A stretch of 64,000 bases of DNA from Klebsormidium nitens (GCA_000708835.1 DF237217.1:53188-117187), one strand, 5' to 3'. Positions 32,779-46,268 are shown, counted from the stretch's first letter. Notes: a model not told the origin generated them from the sequence alone. Numbers and translations: made by a program.

Positions 32779-33424
32779 GGGTTTGATCAGAGACGCTTGT
32801 TCATTGATTCCTGCACCACAAAGCACGGCGCAAAGAATATAAATAGGTCCAGCTGTTTAGCGTCATGACAGCGACTTGGATAGAAGTTGTACTTAAGCAT
32901 CTTGAATGCTGTTTGCAGTCACCATGAGCATTGACGAGTCTTTGGCGCTTGATCATAAGCAGTCAATCAATAATTCTCATAGTCTGACGGACATGCATAA
33001 CACTGCGAGCCCATAGGGCCAGGGAAGCAGTGCATCTTAATATTCTTGGTTACAAGCTTTCTCTCAAAGGACTTTTGTGCGAAGTGACCGTCACTAAGGA
33101 TCCATGCATTGCGAACGTTCTCATCCAGTTGTAATCACAATCAAGCTTGTCCGGACAAGCTGTACCGCATCATAGTAGGTAGATCGTTTTTGTGCATGCA
33201 TGGAAAAGCCCAGATTGGTGCTGGCCCCAATGTTATTCTTCAGTTTGGAGCCTTCTACCCGAGAGTTTGCACGCACTTTTGATGAGGACAAGTTTATTGA
33301 CAAATTCAGAAAGTCCATCTGGACCGCGCATTGACGCTCCCTGCATGCGCAAGTGAAAACTAGACACATTTTATTGCAAACCTGATTCCTTGGGTCTTCA
33401 TTCTATAAATACGTATGCATCTTA

Positions 33425-33650
33425 AACCATACCATGAATGATTTTGTAATTGACTTTCCGGAAAAGAGAATATAACGGATTAGTAGTACAGAATATTCTC
33501 CTCGAGGATCTTTCGGTGGCATGTATGTATGTAAGCCAAACCATGCATGATTTGGTAATCGACTTTTTGGAGAAAAAAATATATAACGGATTAGTAGTAC
33601 AGAGTTCTTTTCTTGAGGAACTTTTGGAGATATATATGTATCCAAGGCAC
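33425..33650. repeat. Tandem duplication of a ~112-bp AT-rich unit
   Basis: ATATAACGGATTAGTAGTACAGA at about 33470 and 33580, with flanking similarity. Confidence 0.75.
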
Positions 33651-34893
33651 TTAAGGACGAGGGCTGCATATTCGGCTCTCGTCCTTGAGTACCTGCAGAG
33701 TGCCCGGGTGGCCGGAGCGAGTACACTTGGGTCCAGACCGGGTCGACTTGAGCTTTCGACCTGCGGTTACTACCCTACCGGACAACTTCGCCCTTCTGGC
33801 TCCTGGGGGGTATGCGTTGTCGCTCTCTGATTGACTGCAACTTTACTCCGAACTTCATTTGGTTTGCTGGTTCAATCTCAACGACGTCTCAGTACTGGCA
33901 CGGCCAATGCCGTTTTCTATGTCGCACTCAGCTTCCTCCTGGAGGGTTTATGCCCCCTTCGCTAGTTGCCTCCGTCAGCAGCATTGCTAGCTATAGCTGT
34001 TCTCTGATCCGAATCGCTCTCTGCTCTTGACCGCGTCAGCTGCTCGCCTTGCCACTGTTCCAGGGCTGACTCGGAGAAAAGCAGAGCTGGCGCTCGTGAC
34101 TGCAGCCTCCGAGAACTTCGGAAAGCTGCTGGCACCCCGTTGAAGGCTGCACAAGCAAGGCTGCAAAAGCAAAACAGGCCTCTAAGATCTTGCCTCTCAT
34201 TCCAAATTTTTCATTCTCAACTCTCATTTCCAAAGCAGCTTCAATATCAACAGAGCAAAGCATCATAGCAGCGCCCCAGTCCTCAGCTTCTCTAAGTGCT
34301 CAACCCCGCTCCTTTTCTTGACGACGCACGTCCCCTTCTTGGAGAAGCACTGCTTCACATCAACGCACAACTTGCCGGGCCGCAATGTTACGCTACGGGG
34401 CATTTCATTGAACTTCCGCGGACCTGACCTTGGACAAGGTGAGCTCTGACTTGTTGCAGGAGGAAGTTAACTGCTTGGATCCTGCAGGGTGTCCATATTC
34501 TGGAAACAAACGGGCAGCGTTTGTTCATCCCAACTTTGGTTCTTGTGCATTGGATATGCAGAGAGGTTCAGGAGTAGGAGCGCCACTCACGTCACAAATT
34601 GTCTCCCAGGGCTTTGTTTGCTGGATTGAGCAATTCATGAAAAGTTAGAGGATAGTCTGCTCATTGGTCTGAACTAATTTGCCGTCAAAGACAGCTGACT
34701 AATATGACTTGTTTACCGTCTGGCAGAATTGCTCAAAGCCAAGTGACTGCGCATCTGCTATTCACATACCTGCTTTTGAAATTCCCATTTTGCAGACCTC
34801 TTCATCTTGTACAAATCCGTCAAGCTGACTCAGAAAGCTGATTCACAATGGGGGGACCGTAACTACTTGAGTACCAGCACCCTTAGAGAACAG

Positions 34894-35742
34894 GTGAGCA
34901 CCTCAGTCTCTGGCTCTTTGGTATTGCTTGAAGAGTCCTTTCCTTCTGTTCCCTTTCTCAACTACTTACCAGCTGAGGTTGGGCAGCTTACATACCAGTC
35001 CGGGCAAACAGGGCATCTGCCAGTTACTGACGGACTAAGTCCTCTGTGCGTTCCCCTGGGAGGCTGTCTAGCTCAGAATCTCTTGCTTGTTTTCGTCTTG
35101 AGTCTTGAGTTGGAACGGCTTACATACCGGCACTGGCAATCAGGGCATCGGAGTAAGTCCTCTGTGCGTTCACCTGGGAGGCTGTCCCCGATCAAATATC
35201 GCTCGCTTGTTTTATGTTTGCTTGCTTGTTTTTGTCTGCGAGTTCTTTGATCGGGTCAGCTCACATACCAGAATTGGCAAGCAGGTCATTCGAGTAAGTC
35301 CTCTGTGCGTACAGCCTGGGAGGCTGTGTCCAACTCAAGCTTTGTTGTTAGATCCGTAGTCTAGTTGCTGGTTGAGGCGGGTCAGCTCACATACCAGAAT
35401 TGGCAAACAGGGTGTCTGGCGGGTTATGTTACCGCCAGAGTAATTCTTCTGTGCGTACATCTGGGAGGCTGTTTCCAACTCAAGCTTTCTGCAATCTACT
35501 TTCTGGTTGAGGGGGGTTAGCTTACATTCCAGGACTGGCAAACAGGGTGTCTGGCGGGTTATGTTACCACCAGAGTAAGTCCTCTGTGCGTACATCTGGG
35601 AGGCTGCGCCTGCTTCGCACTGAATTTCGCAACTGTTCTTTAAATAGGATGTTTTTTGAACAAAAGCAGGCAGTGTTTACTCAGTACTGTCACTTGCATC
35701 CAAGGACCAGAGGCTGAGGTGCTCATGTTTTCTCCCTCACAG
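34894..35742 (+). mobile_element. Introner-like intron copy 1 with terminal inverted repeats and an internal tandem array (family C)
   Basis: Begins GTGAGCACCTCAGTCTCTGG and ends CCAGAGGCTGAGGTGCTCA-TGTTTTCTCCCTCACAG. Interior has ~5 units of CAGCT(C/T)ACATACC...GAGTAAGTCCTCTGTGCGT...CTGGGAGGCTG. Confidence 0.7.
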
Positions 35743-36114
35743 GTACACCTACTTCTAGCGCGACAACTACGGTTCACGTTGCAGTTCACGTTCCAAATCT
35801 GCTCTTAGACGAGACCAGTCAAGGCGAAATGGCTGGAACACTCCTGGTAAGCGCTGTGCCTTCTGGAGACAATATGTTGAGCTGCCTTCTGCACTTCTTT
35901 CAGTTTCCAATCAGGAGGTCTCAAAGAGGTAGTTTGAGCTTGCCTTATGCAATGGCGGCACTCCTATGTCTTCCGTTGGCACTACATGCTGATTTGTGTT
36001 TACATTTGCAGGCCTCGACCTACACTGTAATCCATCAAGCTGTTCTGAGAAGCTGCGAGGAGAGTCTTCTTCCTGTGGCAGCAGCGTCCTACCAGCATCT
36101 CTTAGCACAGCAAG

Positions 36115-37011
36115 GTGAGCACCTCAGTCTCTGGTTCTTACTCCGAATCTTGTCAGTTCCTTATTTCAATCGCACTCTAGTTCGTGCCATCTGAGCTTGG
36201 GCAGCTTACATACCAGTCCAGGCAAACAGGGCATCTGCCAGTTAGTGACGGACTAAGTCCTCTGTGCGTTCCCCTGGGAGGCTGTCTAGCTCAAAATTTC
36301 TTGCTTGTTTTGTTCAAGTTGGACCGGCTTACATACCGGCATTGGCAATCAGGGCATTGGAGTAAGTCCTCTGTGCGTTCACCTGGGAGGCTGTCCCTGA
36401 TCAAATATCGCTCGCTTGTTTTCTGTTTGTTCTGTCTGCGAGTTCTTTGATCGGGTTAGCTCACATACCAAAATTGGCAAGCAGGGCATTCGAGTAAGTC
36501 CTCTGTGCGTACAGCCTAGGAGGCTGTGTCCAACTCGAGATTTGTTGTTAGATCCCCAGTCTAGTTGCTGGTTGAGGCGGGTCAGCTCACAAACCAGAAT
36601 TGGCAAACAGGGTGTCTGGCGGGTTATGTTACCGCCAGAGTAAGTCCTCTGCGCGTTCACCTGGGAGGCTCGCTTGTCTAACGTTGTTTTTTAAATCCTG
36701 CTTTTGTCTCTCGATTTTAACGGGGCTAGCTCACATACCAACTCCGACAAACGGGGCATCTGGCGGCTTATGTTACCGCCAGAGTCGGTCTTTTGGCTGT
36801 CCAAATATGCCCCTTTCAGGCCGTTTGGAAGCTCTACAGAACTCGGTCTTCTGGTCAGGAGATTCTTCCTGGACAAAGTAGATACTGATGTTGTCCTTGT
36901 AGGCGGGTTATCCTTGTTGAACAAACGCAGGGACGGTGTAGGTCAACTTAACAGGGTAGTCATCTGCGTGCCAAGGATCAGGACTGAGGTGCTCTTTTCC
37001 TCCTCTCACAG
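36115..37011 (+). mobile_element. Introner-like intron copy 2 (paralogue of copy 1)
   Basis: Begins GTGAGCACCTCAGTCTCTGG and ends GGACTGAGGTGCTC-TTTTCCTCCTCTCACAG. Same internal family C units in the same order. Confidence 0.7.
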
Positions 37012-38391
37012 GTCCACACCGTTCCTGCTAGACCAGAGCTGCCGTTGGTTCTGGCTGGGCAACGTCAAGTACCACTGTTCTGGCTGCACAACATCATGTA
37101 CCGCTGCGCATCCATTCGCTGCTGAAAGTCGTCATTAAAAACGAAAGGGCGGAAAAGCTTCAACAGAGGTGAGCCGACTGGTCTTTGTGGAGGCATGTCT
37201 TAGAGCAAATGACGGTTTCCCCTTATTGGATCATTAGCGTCACATCTGGCATTGCGCAGGCCGGTATTTCTGAAGGGTGTCTTGAGAGGGCAGGACAAAC
37301 GTTGTGTTATCTTTAACAAGAGAGCAGACCTTGCATGCATCTCCCGAAGGTGGTGTCCTGTATGGCTGCGTAATAGGGCTACGGTTTTATCATGATCAGG
37401 GACAGCAGGTCTCCGTTTCGTCATGAGGAACCGTTTTCCGCTCTTTGTGTCTCTTTGAAAAGTGGAAATTGACGTGTTCGGTGATGGCATGCATGGCGTA
37501 CAAGGAGGGCTGGCTTACATTGAAAGGTATAAGCCCTTGTTTTCGCAACCAGGGAAGTTGTCTCGCCAGAAGCTATCTCTCGTGATCGGGAACAAAGAGC
37601 GCCCGAAGCCTTAAATTGCGATGACAGAGGAACCAGAGTAGAAGCACTCGTAGAAGGGTTGATCGCCGCTGAAATCTGAGGCGCTCGTATTCTTGACCCT
37701 TGCAGGTGAGCTGTTTCATGCCGGCGGACGCAGCGTTCTGGTCGGGGCGTCTGCGGTTCTCCATCAACTCGGAAACTCGGACCGGCTGTCCAGTCCGGGC
37801 AGGATGTTTCGGATGTCGCCCTCCGGAGGGCTGGCGAACCAGGCGGGGGACCCTGAGCGTGTTCCGGAACGAGGGTCACCAAAGCGGAGGGCTTCCACTG
37901 CGGCTCTCCGGACGGGCGGTTCGGACGGGCGGTGCGAGCAGCTGCGAACGGTGTTCTCTGTGTTCCGGGCAGAACGGGGCGGAATGGTATGTGTCGTAGG
38001 CGTATCACAGCCGTAGGTGTCTTCCAAGTCTCTACAGATTTCGCTTGATTGGTTTGATGTTCTATGATTCTTTTCTTGATGAACACCTCCGGTGCTAGTT
38101 TTCCAAGCATTCTTTGTCCGCGTCGTTGGTGTGATCTCTGTAAATTTTCGTTTCCATCTTACACGAGAACAAACGGAACGGCTTTGTGGTTCACTATTTT
38201 GTAAAAGAAGCTCGTGACATTCTCTCTTGCTTCTATCTCCTAAGTCTGGGCTGTTAGACTGGAGTGGGCATCTTTTAAAAGGGGCTGTAGCTTAATTGGC
38301 AAAGCGCCAAGCAACTGCGATCGTGGGGCCACATTGCCCGAGTTGTTCGACCCGCTGATGTGCGGAGAGCTTAGCATATGACTGCGCATTG

Positions 38392-38520
38392 ATGTGCGAG
38401 ACGTGGCGCGAGCATGTTGATAGTTTACGTTCAGATGTTGATAGCTTACGGAGCGACGTTGACAGCGTATGAGCTGATGCGGATAGTCTGAGAGACTTTG
38501 GTGATAGCTTATCACTTGAC
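38392..38520 (+). pseudogene. Degenerate heptad coiled-coil coding stretch (VDSLRSD)n
   Basis: Reads MCETWREHVDSLRSDVDSLRSDVDSV*ADADSLRDFGDSL, with a 21-nt repeat at the DNA level and an in-frame TGA at 38470. Confidence 0.4.
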
Positions 38521-39248
38521 GGCTCGCCATATGGAGGGAGCAGGAGAGCTCGATGAGCTCGTTTGACCGGGTGGGACTTTGTGAGTCGCCCGAGGGCTTA
38601 TGCAGCCTAAGCACAGAGAGTGCAGATAGCCATTGTGTGGCTAGAGACAGCCTATGCGGCTAGAGACGGCCTATGTGGCCGGAGCGAGAGTGCTTTGCAC
38701 TGCTGTCGTGGACCTGCACGGTTCTTTGATCGGTGCAGACTAATCCTGGTGCGTTTTGCGCCTGGGAAGTTCTGACCTGGCGCGTTTCGCGCAGTCGAGA
38801 CGCATGCATGTTTCGTGCAGCGCTTAGTTAGCGACACGAGCAGCGAGGCTTAGACGGCCACGGCTTGTCGGAGGATTAGAGGCCAGGCAGCCGCCGTGAT
38901 GCGGTGGGCAGAGTGACTTACGGGCTTTGCTGACGTCAGAGTGGCGTCACTAGGGTGTCATGTTGACTAGCCCTAGTGCAGTTCGTGATGCGATGTTAGA
39001 TGCTGATGCTAGTGTGCGCAGCAGATAGACACGATGCGCAGTTGCTGAGAGATGCGGGTTCGAGCCCCGCCAGCCCCAATATTGAAAATTTGACTGATCG
39101 GTGTTCACTTTTTGGAGGTCTAAGGTGTGCGCTGCTTGCTGTATTTTCGCTTTTTCGAATAAAGGGTTCCAGGCCTGAATTCGGCTTTCAGGTATGGTTA
39201 CGTTCCTCTTTTTTATTGATTCTAGGGCTTGATAACGTGGGGGAAGGT

Positions 39249-39941
39249 CTATTTTGTCTTTTGAAGACTTCTTGAGTAGAAGCGCGTAGGGTCTATTCGT
39301 GCTCCGCAGGTTCCGTCCTGCTGATCATATGTCTGATGATACTGCGTGACTCTGGTTGTGTGTAACGTGAAGTGCGTATGCTCAAAGTTTTCCATTCTTC
39401 CTTTCCGATTAGTTCTTGCTTCCAAATACGACCTTCGTTTTGAAAACATCTGACTCCAGGCCTTGCTGTATATGTGAGGCTGGTTCCTTGTACAGAATAG
39501 AAAGCCGACTAGAGGACTAGACAATGACCAGAACATCAGTTTGAGATTGTTCGATGTGGGGCTAGCAGCCAGGTAATCCTTGAGGCCGTAAATTGTATCC
39601 GCATCTAAGGTAGGAAGATTGGAATCTGAAGATTGAGTGTCACAAGAAGCTCGTGTACATTGAATATGCATCCAAGAATTCTTTGACTTGTTGCGCCAAA
39701 GATCACAACGGGCAATATCACTGCGCATTATTGTGTCCGCTCCAATGTGTGCAAGAAGCCAATCCGATATGGGCTTTATGCCCTTAGCCTTAGTAAGGTA
39801 CACACGCACCGTCATGGCAGCACATGGCATATGCTGAAATGCGATTGGGATCATTGCATGTACTACAGTCGATGCACAGCATACTAATGTACGCGCATGG
39901 TCGTCGATCCCGTGGCCGCATGTGGATGTGACACATATCAA
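39249..39941 (-). CDS. Hypothetical ORF (230 aa), possibly a mobile-element remnant
   Basis: Long intronless open frame in an otherwise gene-free stretch. No family recognised. Confidence 0.3.
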   Translation of the reverse strand: MICVTSTCGHGIDDHARTLVCCASTVVHAMIPIAFQHMPCAAMTVRVYLTKAKGIKPISDWLLAHIGADTIMRSDIARCDLWRNKSKNSWMHIQCTRASCDTQSSDSNLPTLDADTIYGLKDYLAASPTSNNLKLMFWSLSSPLVGFLFCTRNQPHIYSKAWSQMFSKRRSYLEARTNRKGRMENFEHTHFTLHTTRVTQYHQTYDQQDGTCGARIDPTRFYSRSLQKTK

Positions 39942-40239
39942 TACAGTGTGCCGGTGCCGCTCCTGTGCTAATGTGTGCTTACAATCAACGGAATCTAAGT
40001 TAAATAGATAAAAGCAACTTTCTTCACAGCGCGCCGGCTCAGAGGGCGGAGCTCATGGATAAATGTACACAATGAGTCAGCCTGGCAGCTACACTTCTAG
40101 CTAGGCCGCGCAATATTACAAGGATCTGGCTGTTACAAATCCGGTTTGTGATGAACCGTCAAGATTAGAGTCACTTTTTTCAGGTTGCAGCAGAGCTCTA
40201 AATCAGGACTCCCACCGGCTGACTTTATGCCTCGCTACA

Positions 40240-43200
40240 CTACGATCTAAACTCCTGTTTTCGCATTATCTTTGCGATGAAAAGACCTCCTGTCTTCGAA
40301 ACGTCCGGGGTAAAACGGAGCGTGTGCTGAAGTGTTCCCGGGCTGCAAGGCCACGTTGCAGCCTGGGGTATCGCCACCACATCTGCGACGGAGAGGGACG
40401 GGAATGGCTTCGTTCTGTGACTAACTAAATGATGCACGCACATGCTTTTCGCAACAAGCTTTGGTATAGCCTTATGACAATCTCTAGTCACAGACTTTGT
40501 CAGACTACAACGGTGATGTGTGTGGTCTCCAGGAATAGTGTCGCTCTTGAGCATCAGCCGAAATCACGCAATCAGAGGACTGCGAGTCCTTCCAGAGAGG
40601 GAACACGTAGAATGTGACCTCAAAGATACTTCATCTTATACACAAGTACAACTTGGTTGCTTTGATTGGCCAAGGTACGGGTGGTTCGTAGGTAACAAAA
40701 TTTGAACCTTAGAGTAGGAATACGACCCTCCTTTTCCGCGACAAGCCGTCCTTTCACAAAAGGCACAACCTGGGGTGCAACTATGTAACGATTACTAAGT
40801 GTTTGACGACATTTCCCGTCAACGGAGAGTAGCATTCCGGTTCCGATATGCTTCCCTCGGAACCAAAATTTCAGCGCCTCTTACCTGCGTCTGGATGCGC
40901 ATCCAGAAAAGTGGACACCACGTCCTCGTTTTGCGCCCTGGTGAAGCTGCGGCACTGGGCGGCAGCAAATCGTAAGTTGGAGTTCGGTAGCAACCGGGAA
41001 ATCCACCCGGGCACTAAGCAACCGGAGCATCATCAGAAGATTCTGAACGGAAGGCCTATTTGGTCGACGACCCGCTTTTCATATTGCAGCACGGAGCGCT
41101 ACAAGCCCCGTTGAGCCCTCGAAAGACGAAAGGGAACGAGAATGGCAGCATTCACGACAAGGTGACTTTGTTTTGTGTGACAGGCCTTCTTATGAATCGA
41201 CCAGCAGCGAGCCGGTTATTCAGCATGCAGACCAGTCGGGTGTGCGAGCAGCAAGGAAACGCGAAGCTGATGTCGGCACATGACCTACCTGCATGTACTG
41301 TACACGAGGGATCCCCCGGGTTTCAGCAGGCGGAATCCGTTGCTCAGTAACCGGCCCTGCAGCAGCGGACAGAACGGAGCCTTTTGGTCAGGCCGCTGAT
41401 GCGGGGTCAAACAGACGCAGTTTTCACACAAGGGGTGTTTGGTAAGAAGATGTTTCCTGGAAAGAAGCGCCGCAGCAAAAGCTGATTGACTCCAAGTGCG
41501 GGACAGAGAGCAGCAAAGTAGAAACTGTCCCGCCCTTGTAACACTTAAAGAGCGAAGCACGGATTCGGCCAACATGTTCTTGCAGACCGTTATGCGGCTG
41601 CATTCATTCTCAAAGATAAAAGGCTTTCAGGGTCCGTAATGTTGACTTCATGACCCCGTGAGAGAGGTTCCGAATTCTGGGAAACAGATACAAAGGAGCG
41701 GGCCTTCAACGCGCGAAGCAGTCAATGGCTCGCCCGCGGCCCCGCAAGGACAGTGAAACAAAGCAACTTTCACAAACTCTGGGGTTTCCTGTATAAGATT
41801 CCAAGAAGCAAACGCAAGGGAACGGGACTCCAGGCGCCAACCAAAGCGAACCGCATGCAGATCTGTCAGGGCGGGCAGGCGACTCGACAGTCGAAGTGTG
41901 AGTTTTGCGGAAACTGTGGGCAGCTTCAGGGAGTCCAGACAATGATAAACTCAGAAGCGAGGACGGAGGGAAGGCTTGCCTTCGGCACCGCAAAGGCTGC
42001 GGAGCAGTGTGAGTTTCATACGGTATCGCAGTTTAAAAACTGTGAGATTTTCCACCAGAGTCTTTGTTGGAAAACCAACAAAATGAAAAGCTTAAAAATC
42101 GCAAAAGGACGGGTCGCCGGCAGATCCGTGAGGGCAGCAAGGCGGTGCGAGTCCCATGCGATATTGGCCGTTCCGAAGCTGCCAGCTTTTCGAAGTTTTG
42201 AATCTTACGAAAGCTTGAAAACCGCTTAAAGGGCGGACTTGCCTGCAAATCCGTGAGGGCCGCGAGGCGGTCCGGGTCCATGACGCGCCGCTCGAAGGTG
42301 TCCCAGCCCCACCAGTCGTACTTGCGGATGTGCTTCAGGGATCCGTCGTGAGTGCACTCAGCATCCACCAAAACCTGCGGACACGTCATGCTTCCGTCAC
42401 ACTTCTCAAAGTTGCGGATCTGAATTTTGAGAGGGGGGGTGAGTTTGTGTTGAAATCTGATTGCGTGAGACTGTGAAGGATTGTGACGAGTCGGAAGGTG
42501 ACAGTCCGCCCAGCGAGAGCGGTGGGAAGTCCGTGAGTGCAGCCAAAGCTGCGCGAGATTCTCCAATGGTGACATACATTACTACCGAGGGAAAATGCCT
42601 GGAGACCATGATTTTCACTGCAAGATTCGCCACGGCACCGCCTCGAAAAACGTATCAAACGGTCAGTCCTGCTCTCTTCAGTAACAAAGGTTCTGTTGGA
42701 TAAAAAGATTTGGGATACAGCAAGAAACTATAACAGGATTTTCACGCTCACATCAGCCTCCTTACCTTGTCATAAAGCTTTGCACGTCCGGAACCCTCCG
42801 CCGTCTCAAGGACCCGCGGGGTGATCCCCCTCCCAAAGAAGAACAGCTGCGCTTTAGTTTCTGACCCACCAATCGGCCGCCGCCTCCGACGCTCCTTCTT
42901 TCGACTCTCCCCCTCTCGCTCACTTCGCTTTTCGCTGATGTCAAGGGACTCGGAACCTTCGGTCGGGCCTATTTCAGTGCCGCACGCTTCAACGTTCGCT
43001 GGCTGCCTCTCCTCTAGCGCTGTTCCTTCTAATGATTGCACCGGTGAAGGCGTTTTACCCAACTGAACTGCTGCAGTGTCGAGGCTTCTCGAAATTTCGC
43101 ACTCCCTCGCAGTTTGTAATGAATCGGTACCGCTTTTCGGATTGGGAATTGCAATGCGCCCGTCGCTTTTTCGACTCTGTCCCTGCGCTTCGACAGCGCT

Positions 43201-45311
43201 CTCCGTGCAAATTTCCCCGAAACCAAACCCCCGATCCTCGTCCACTTCACAACTTCTCCTCGCCCCTTCCTCGTTGATACTCACGTCAACACCTTCCAAA
43301 TGAATACCACGCCCCTTCGCTTCGCTCCCTTGTTCCAACCCTGTTTGTTTGCTGAACTGTCGGAGTACGTGTCTGGTAGGCGGCCGTTCGCTGAATGTCG
43401 TGCCGTCTGCCAGAAAAAGCCGGCAATTATGCGCAGCCCCGTACTTGCGCAGAAGAGTGCGGGTGGCGGCTAATCGAGGCGGAGAGATGTCGACACCTGT
43501 CGCGGTACCGGAGGGTGACACGTGGTCGGATATCAAGCACAGCTTGGCGCCTGAAGGAGAAATAGAGGAGCGTTTAGATAGGAGGCGTTATGAATCTTTT
43601 CTGCTAGATAGCTCATGCATCGGAAAGTCGATGCTTTTTCCGGGCTTGATAAAAGGCAGGCACCAGGCATCGAGCGCCAGTCTGCAATGCACAAACTGCG
43701 AGACAAAAGGGTTTCAAGCACTCCCAACCATTTAGGAATACGATGAACACCTACTTGAACCTAAAACGTGGTCCCTCTTCTAGGGCGCTCGGGTTTGGTT
43801 GCGTTCCGAACAAAGGCCAAAAAAGCATTTTATGTCAACAAAAAGGTGGACCGACACCCTTTCTGGGCCATATGAGCCCGGCTTCGCATGAATATCAAGG
43901 AAGTTGTGTTTCGAAAGTCCCTTCATGGAAGCTATACAAGGCTGCAAAGGAGCTGCTGGAGTGCGCTCAGAGAAGCTGATCAGATGCAACGAGGCAGACA
44001 ACCAATGACGCAGACCGGAAAGGACAGATGTTCGTACTGTCCGGAAAAAACCAAGACTTCCATCGGGACATTATGAAGGACTCAAAGGCTCCGGCTTAAC
44101 GAAATTGTGACCAAAGAATTTTCTTTGGATTATTGAAAATGGACAGAACCGTCGCTTTCCCGACCGTTAAGAAGTATGACGAAAGAGGTCCCCCGATTGT
44201 TCCTTACACACACTCGAAGGACTCGAAAGGACGCTTGCCTGGTGCGGCACACAAGTCCAGGACGTTGTCTCCTGGTCGCACATCGAGCGCCTCCACCGCA
44301 GCCCCTGAGGAAGCGTCGATGCCAAATATCTGAACGGAACACAGAAGACTAAGTCAGAATTTCTAAAACCTGGACAGCGTTACGGGGAATTTAAGAACGA
44401 GGGCTTAGGCTCTTTTCAAATCTCATTTTAACAGCCACAATTGTACTAATACAGGTCGATCAGAGGAGGAGGAAAACAGTCTCTCCTTCATATGCTTTGC
44501 CGCAACCAAGCAGCATTTCCAGCCTTCAATCAGTGTCCAGAAAGGAATCAAGCTTGAGAACCGGGTCCCTAACAGATTCTCACCTGGCCCTTTTTGTATG
44601 CCTCCGACCCCGCAATCTTTACATTCTGGGGCAGTGCGAAAAAGCCCGGTAGCCAGCGGACTGGCTCCAGCTGCGCCCCGAGCTGCTCGCAGACTGCGGC
44701 GATGATGTCAGCAGACGGAGGCGCTTTGAACCTGCAGTGAGGAAATCCTTGAACTGACTTATCGGTCACGAGCTGCCGACCTTTGTCTTAGCTGTCCAAA
44801 ACTGGGCAATCTACTTGACAGCACAAGACATGACTATTCAAGAGTCTTCATTTCTGAAAGCAGTGTCAACACTCCTCTTCTAATAAGAGGACTTGAAAGG
44901 TGGCCACCTCGAAGAGGCAACAGAAAGTTCCTTTGCTTTGCAGGTATCCTTGCTCAAATGGCGAGTAAGAGTCTGTAGGTCTCAAAGTTGGCATTCCGAT
45001 CATTTGGATCCTTCTTCAAAGCTCCAAAGCTGTAGCCATGACTTCATTTGTCATAGCTGCCTGCTAGAACCACGACTAAATATGGACACGTTTTCTTCTT
45101 GCTAGAACTGCCTTTTTGTTTCTGCTCCAGTCTGGGGCAAGCTTGTCTGCCAGCTCAACGGGCTGCAGGATAGTCTCGGGGTGTCCTACCTTACGTATCT
45201 TGGCAGGTTCTGGTCGGAGCGGTAGATACCTTCATTGATGTTGTTGGCGGCACAAAAGTCTCGGAAGGACTGAGGCAACTGCTGAGGCATTGCAGGATCC
45301 ATAGCCCCCAT
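40240..45311 (-). CDS. RsmB/RsmF/NOP2-Sun family RNA m5C methyltransferase
   Basis: Eight exons: 45311-45190, 44731-44584, 44329-44239, 43550-42766, 42374-42243, 41356-41289, 40946-40885 and 40382-40240. Motifs VLDLCAAPG|AK, VLVDAECTHDG, LVYSTC|SF, QNEDVV and TGGLFIAK. Confidence 0.9.
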
Positions 45312-46268
45312 TATGATTCAACGTCCTCAAGGCACCTAGAATGAGAGAAGACCTTAGAAAATCGAAAGGTCCGCCCAGGGAGGCTTATACCTTCGCCCAT
45401 ATCTTAGCAGTGTCTTGTGGCAGATGTATTTTTTAAAGTTGCTACTGCAGAACGGGGGACGAAGCCTTGAGTTTGGTTGACAAACTTTTGGTATTTGATC
45501 AGTATCTGCATTCAATGTAGACTGCACTTTTCCAACTTTCAATCAGGGAAATACGTTACATTTGTGATCTTTGAGTCGAAGCGGACACGACCAAAATATG
45601 CACTTGCACCACTGGTTGAGTGGTGTTTGAGATTCAGGGTTCCATAGAATGCCACCACTTTTCCTCACAAATGATTAAGTTTCAATGGACTAACGGACAG
45701 TATTCGCTTACCGAGCGCGCATCTCAACTGTCCTCCCGGAGCCTCAGGCTGTATGAAAGTACCACCACCAGATAACCTTCCCGATGCGATTGACGGCGCC
45801 AAACAAAAGAGCAATTGCTGCTAGACACCGCTACCATGCAGTCAGATACTCTTACGTGCTAGAACCGGCACCGGCTCCAGTTCGTTTGTCGCTAAGGACA
45901 CGGCTTGGAGGAAAGCAGAAGCAGAGATGATTATGTTGTATGCCCAGGACCTGGAATCTGAAGCCCCACTGGTGGACGTTTTTGGGGGATGGCGTCGATC
46001 CTCTGTCCTGATGGTCTGCAACCTCAAGATCAAGCTGGAGCTTGAGGCATGGGTACAATATTGCTTCTATCCCGTCATAAATCATTGGCCGGTGGATCTC
46101 ATACCCGGGGAGTGATTCCCGAGAAGAGACCACCTGGTCAACCCAACATGAGCACCGGCGATCCTCGCCGAGGCCTTCGAATACGCTTGGTTGCGGAAAA
46201 GTACCCAGTCATTCTTTCGTTCAGTGCACAGGACTTGTGACAGGTGAATTAAGCCTTTCGAACGCCCC

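Larger units (their letters stand above)
34320..37120 (+). pseudogene. Degenerate multi-exon gene of unknown family, hosting two repeat-filled introns
   Basis: Short exon-like blocks bounded by CAG acceptors and GTGAG/GTAAG donors (e.g. 34796-34893, 35743-35847, 36013-36114). The reading frame is not continuous across all junctions. Confidence 0.35.
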
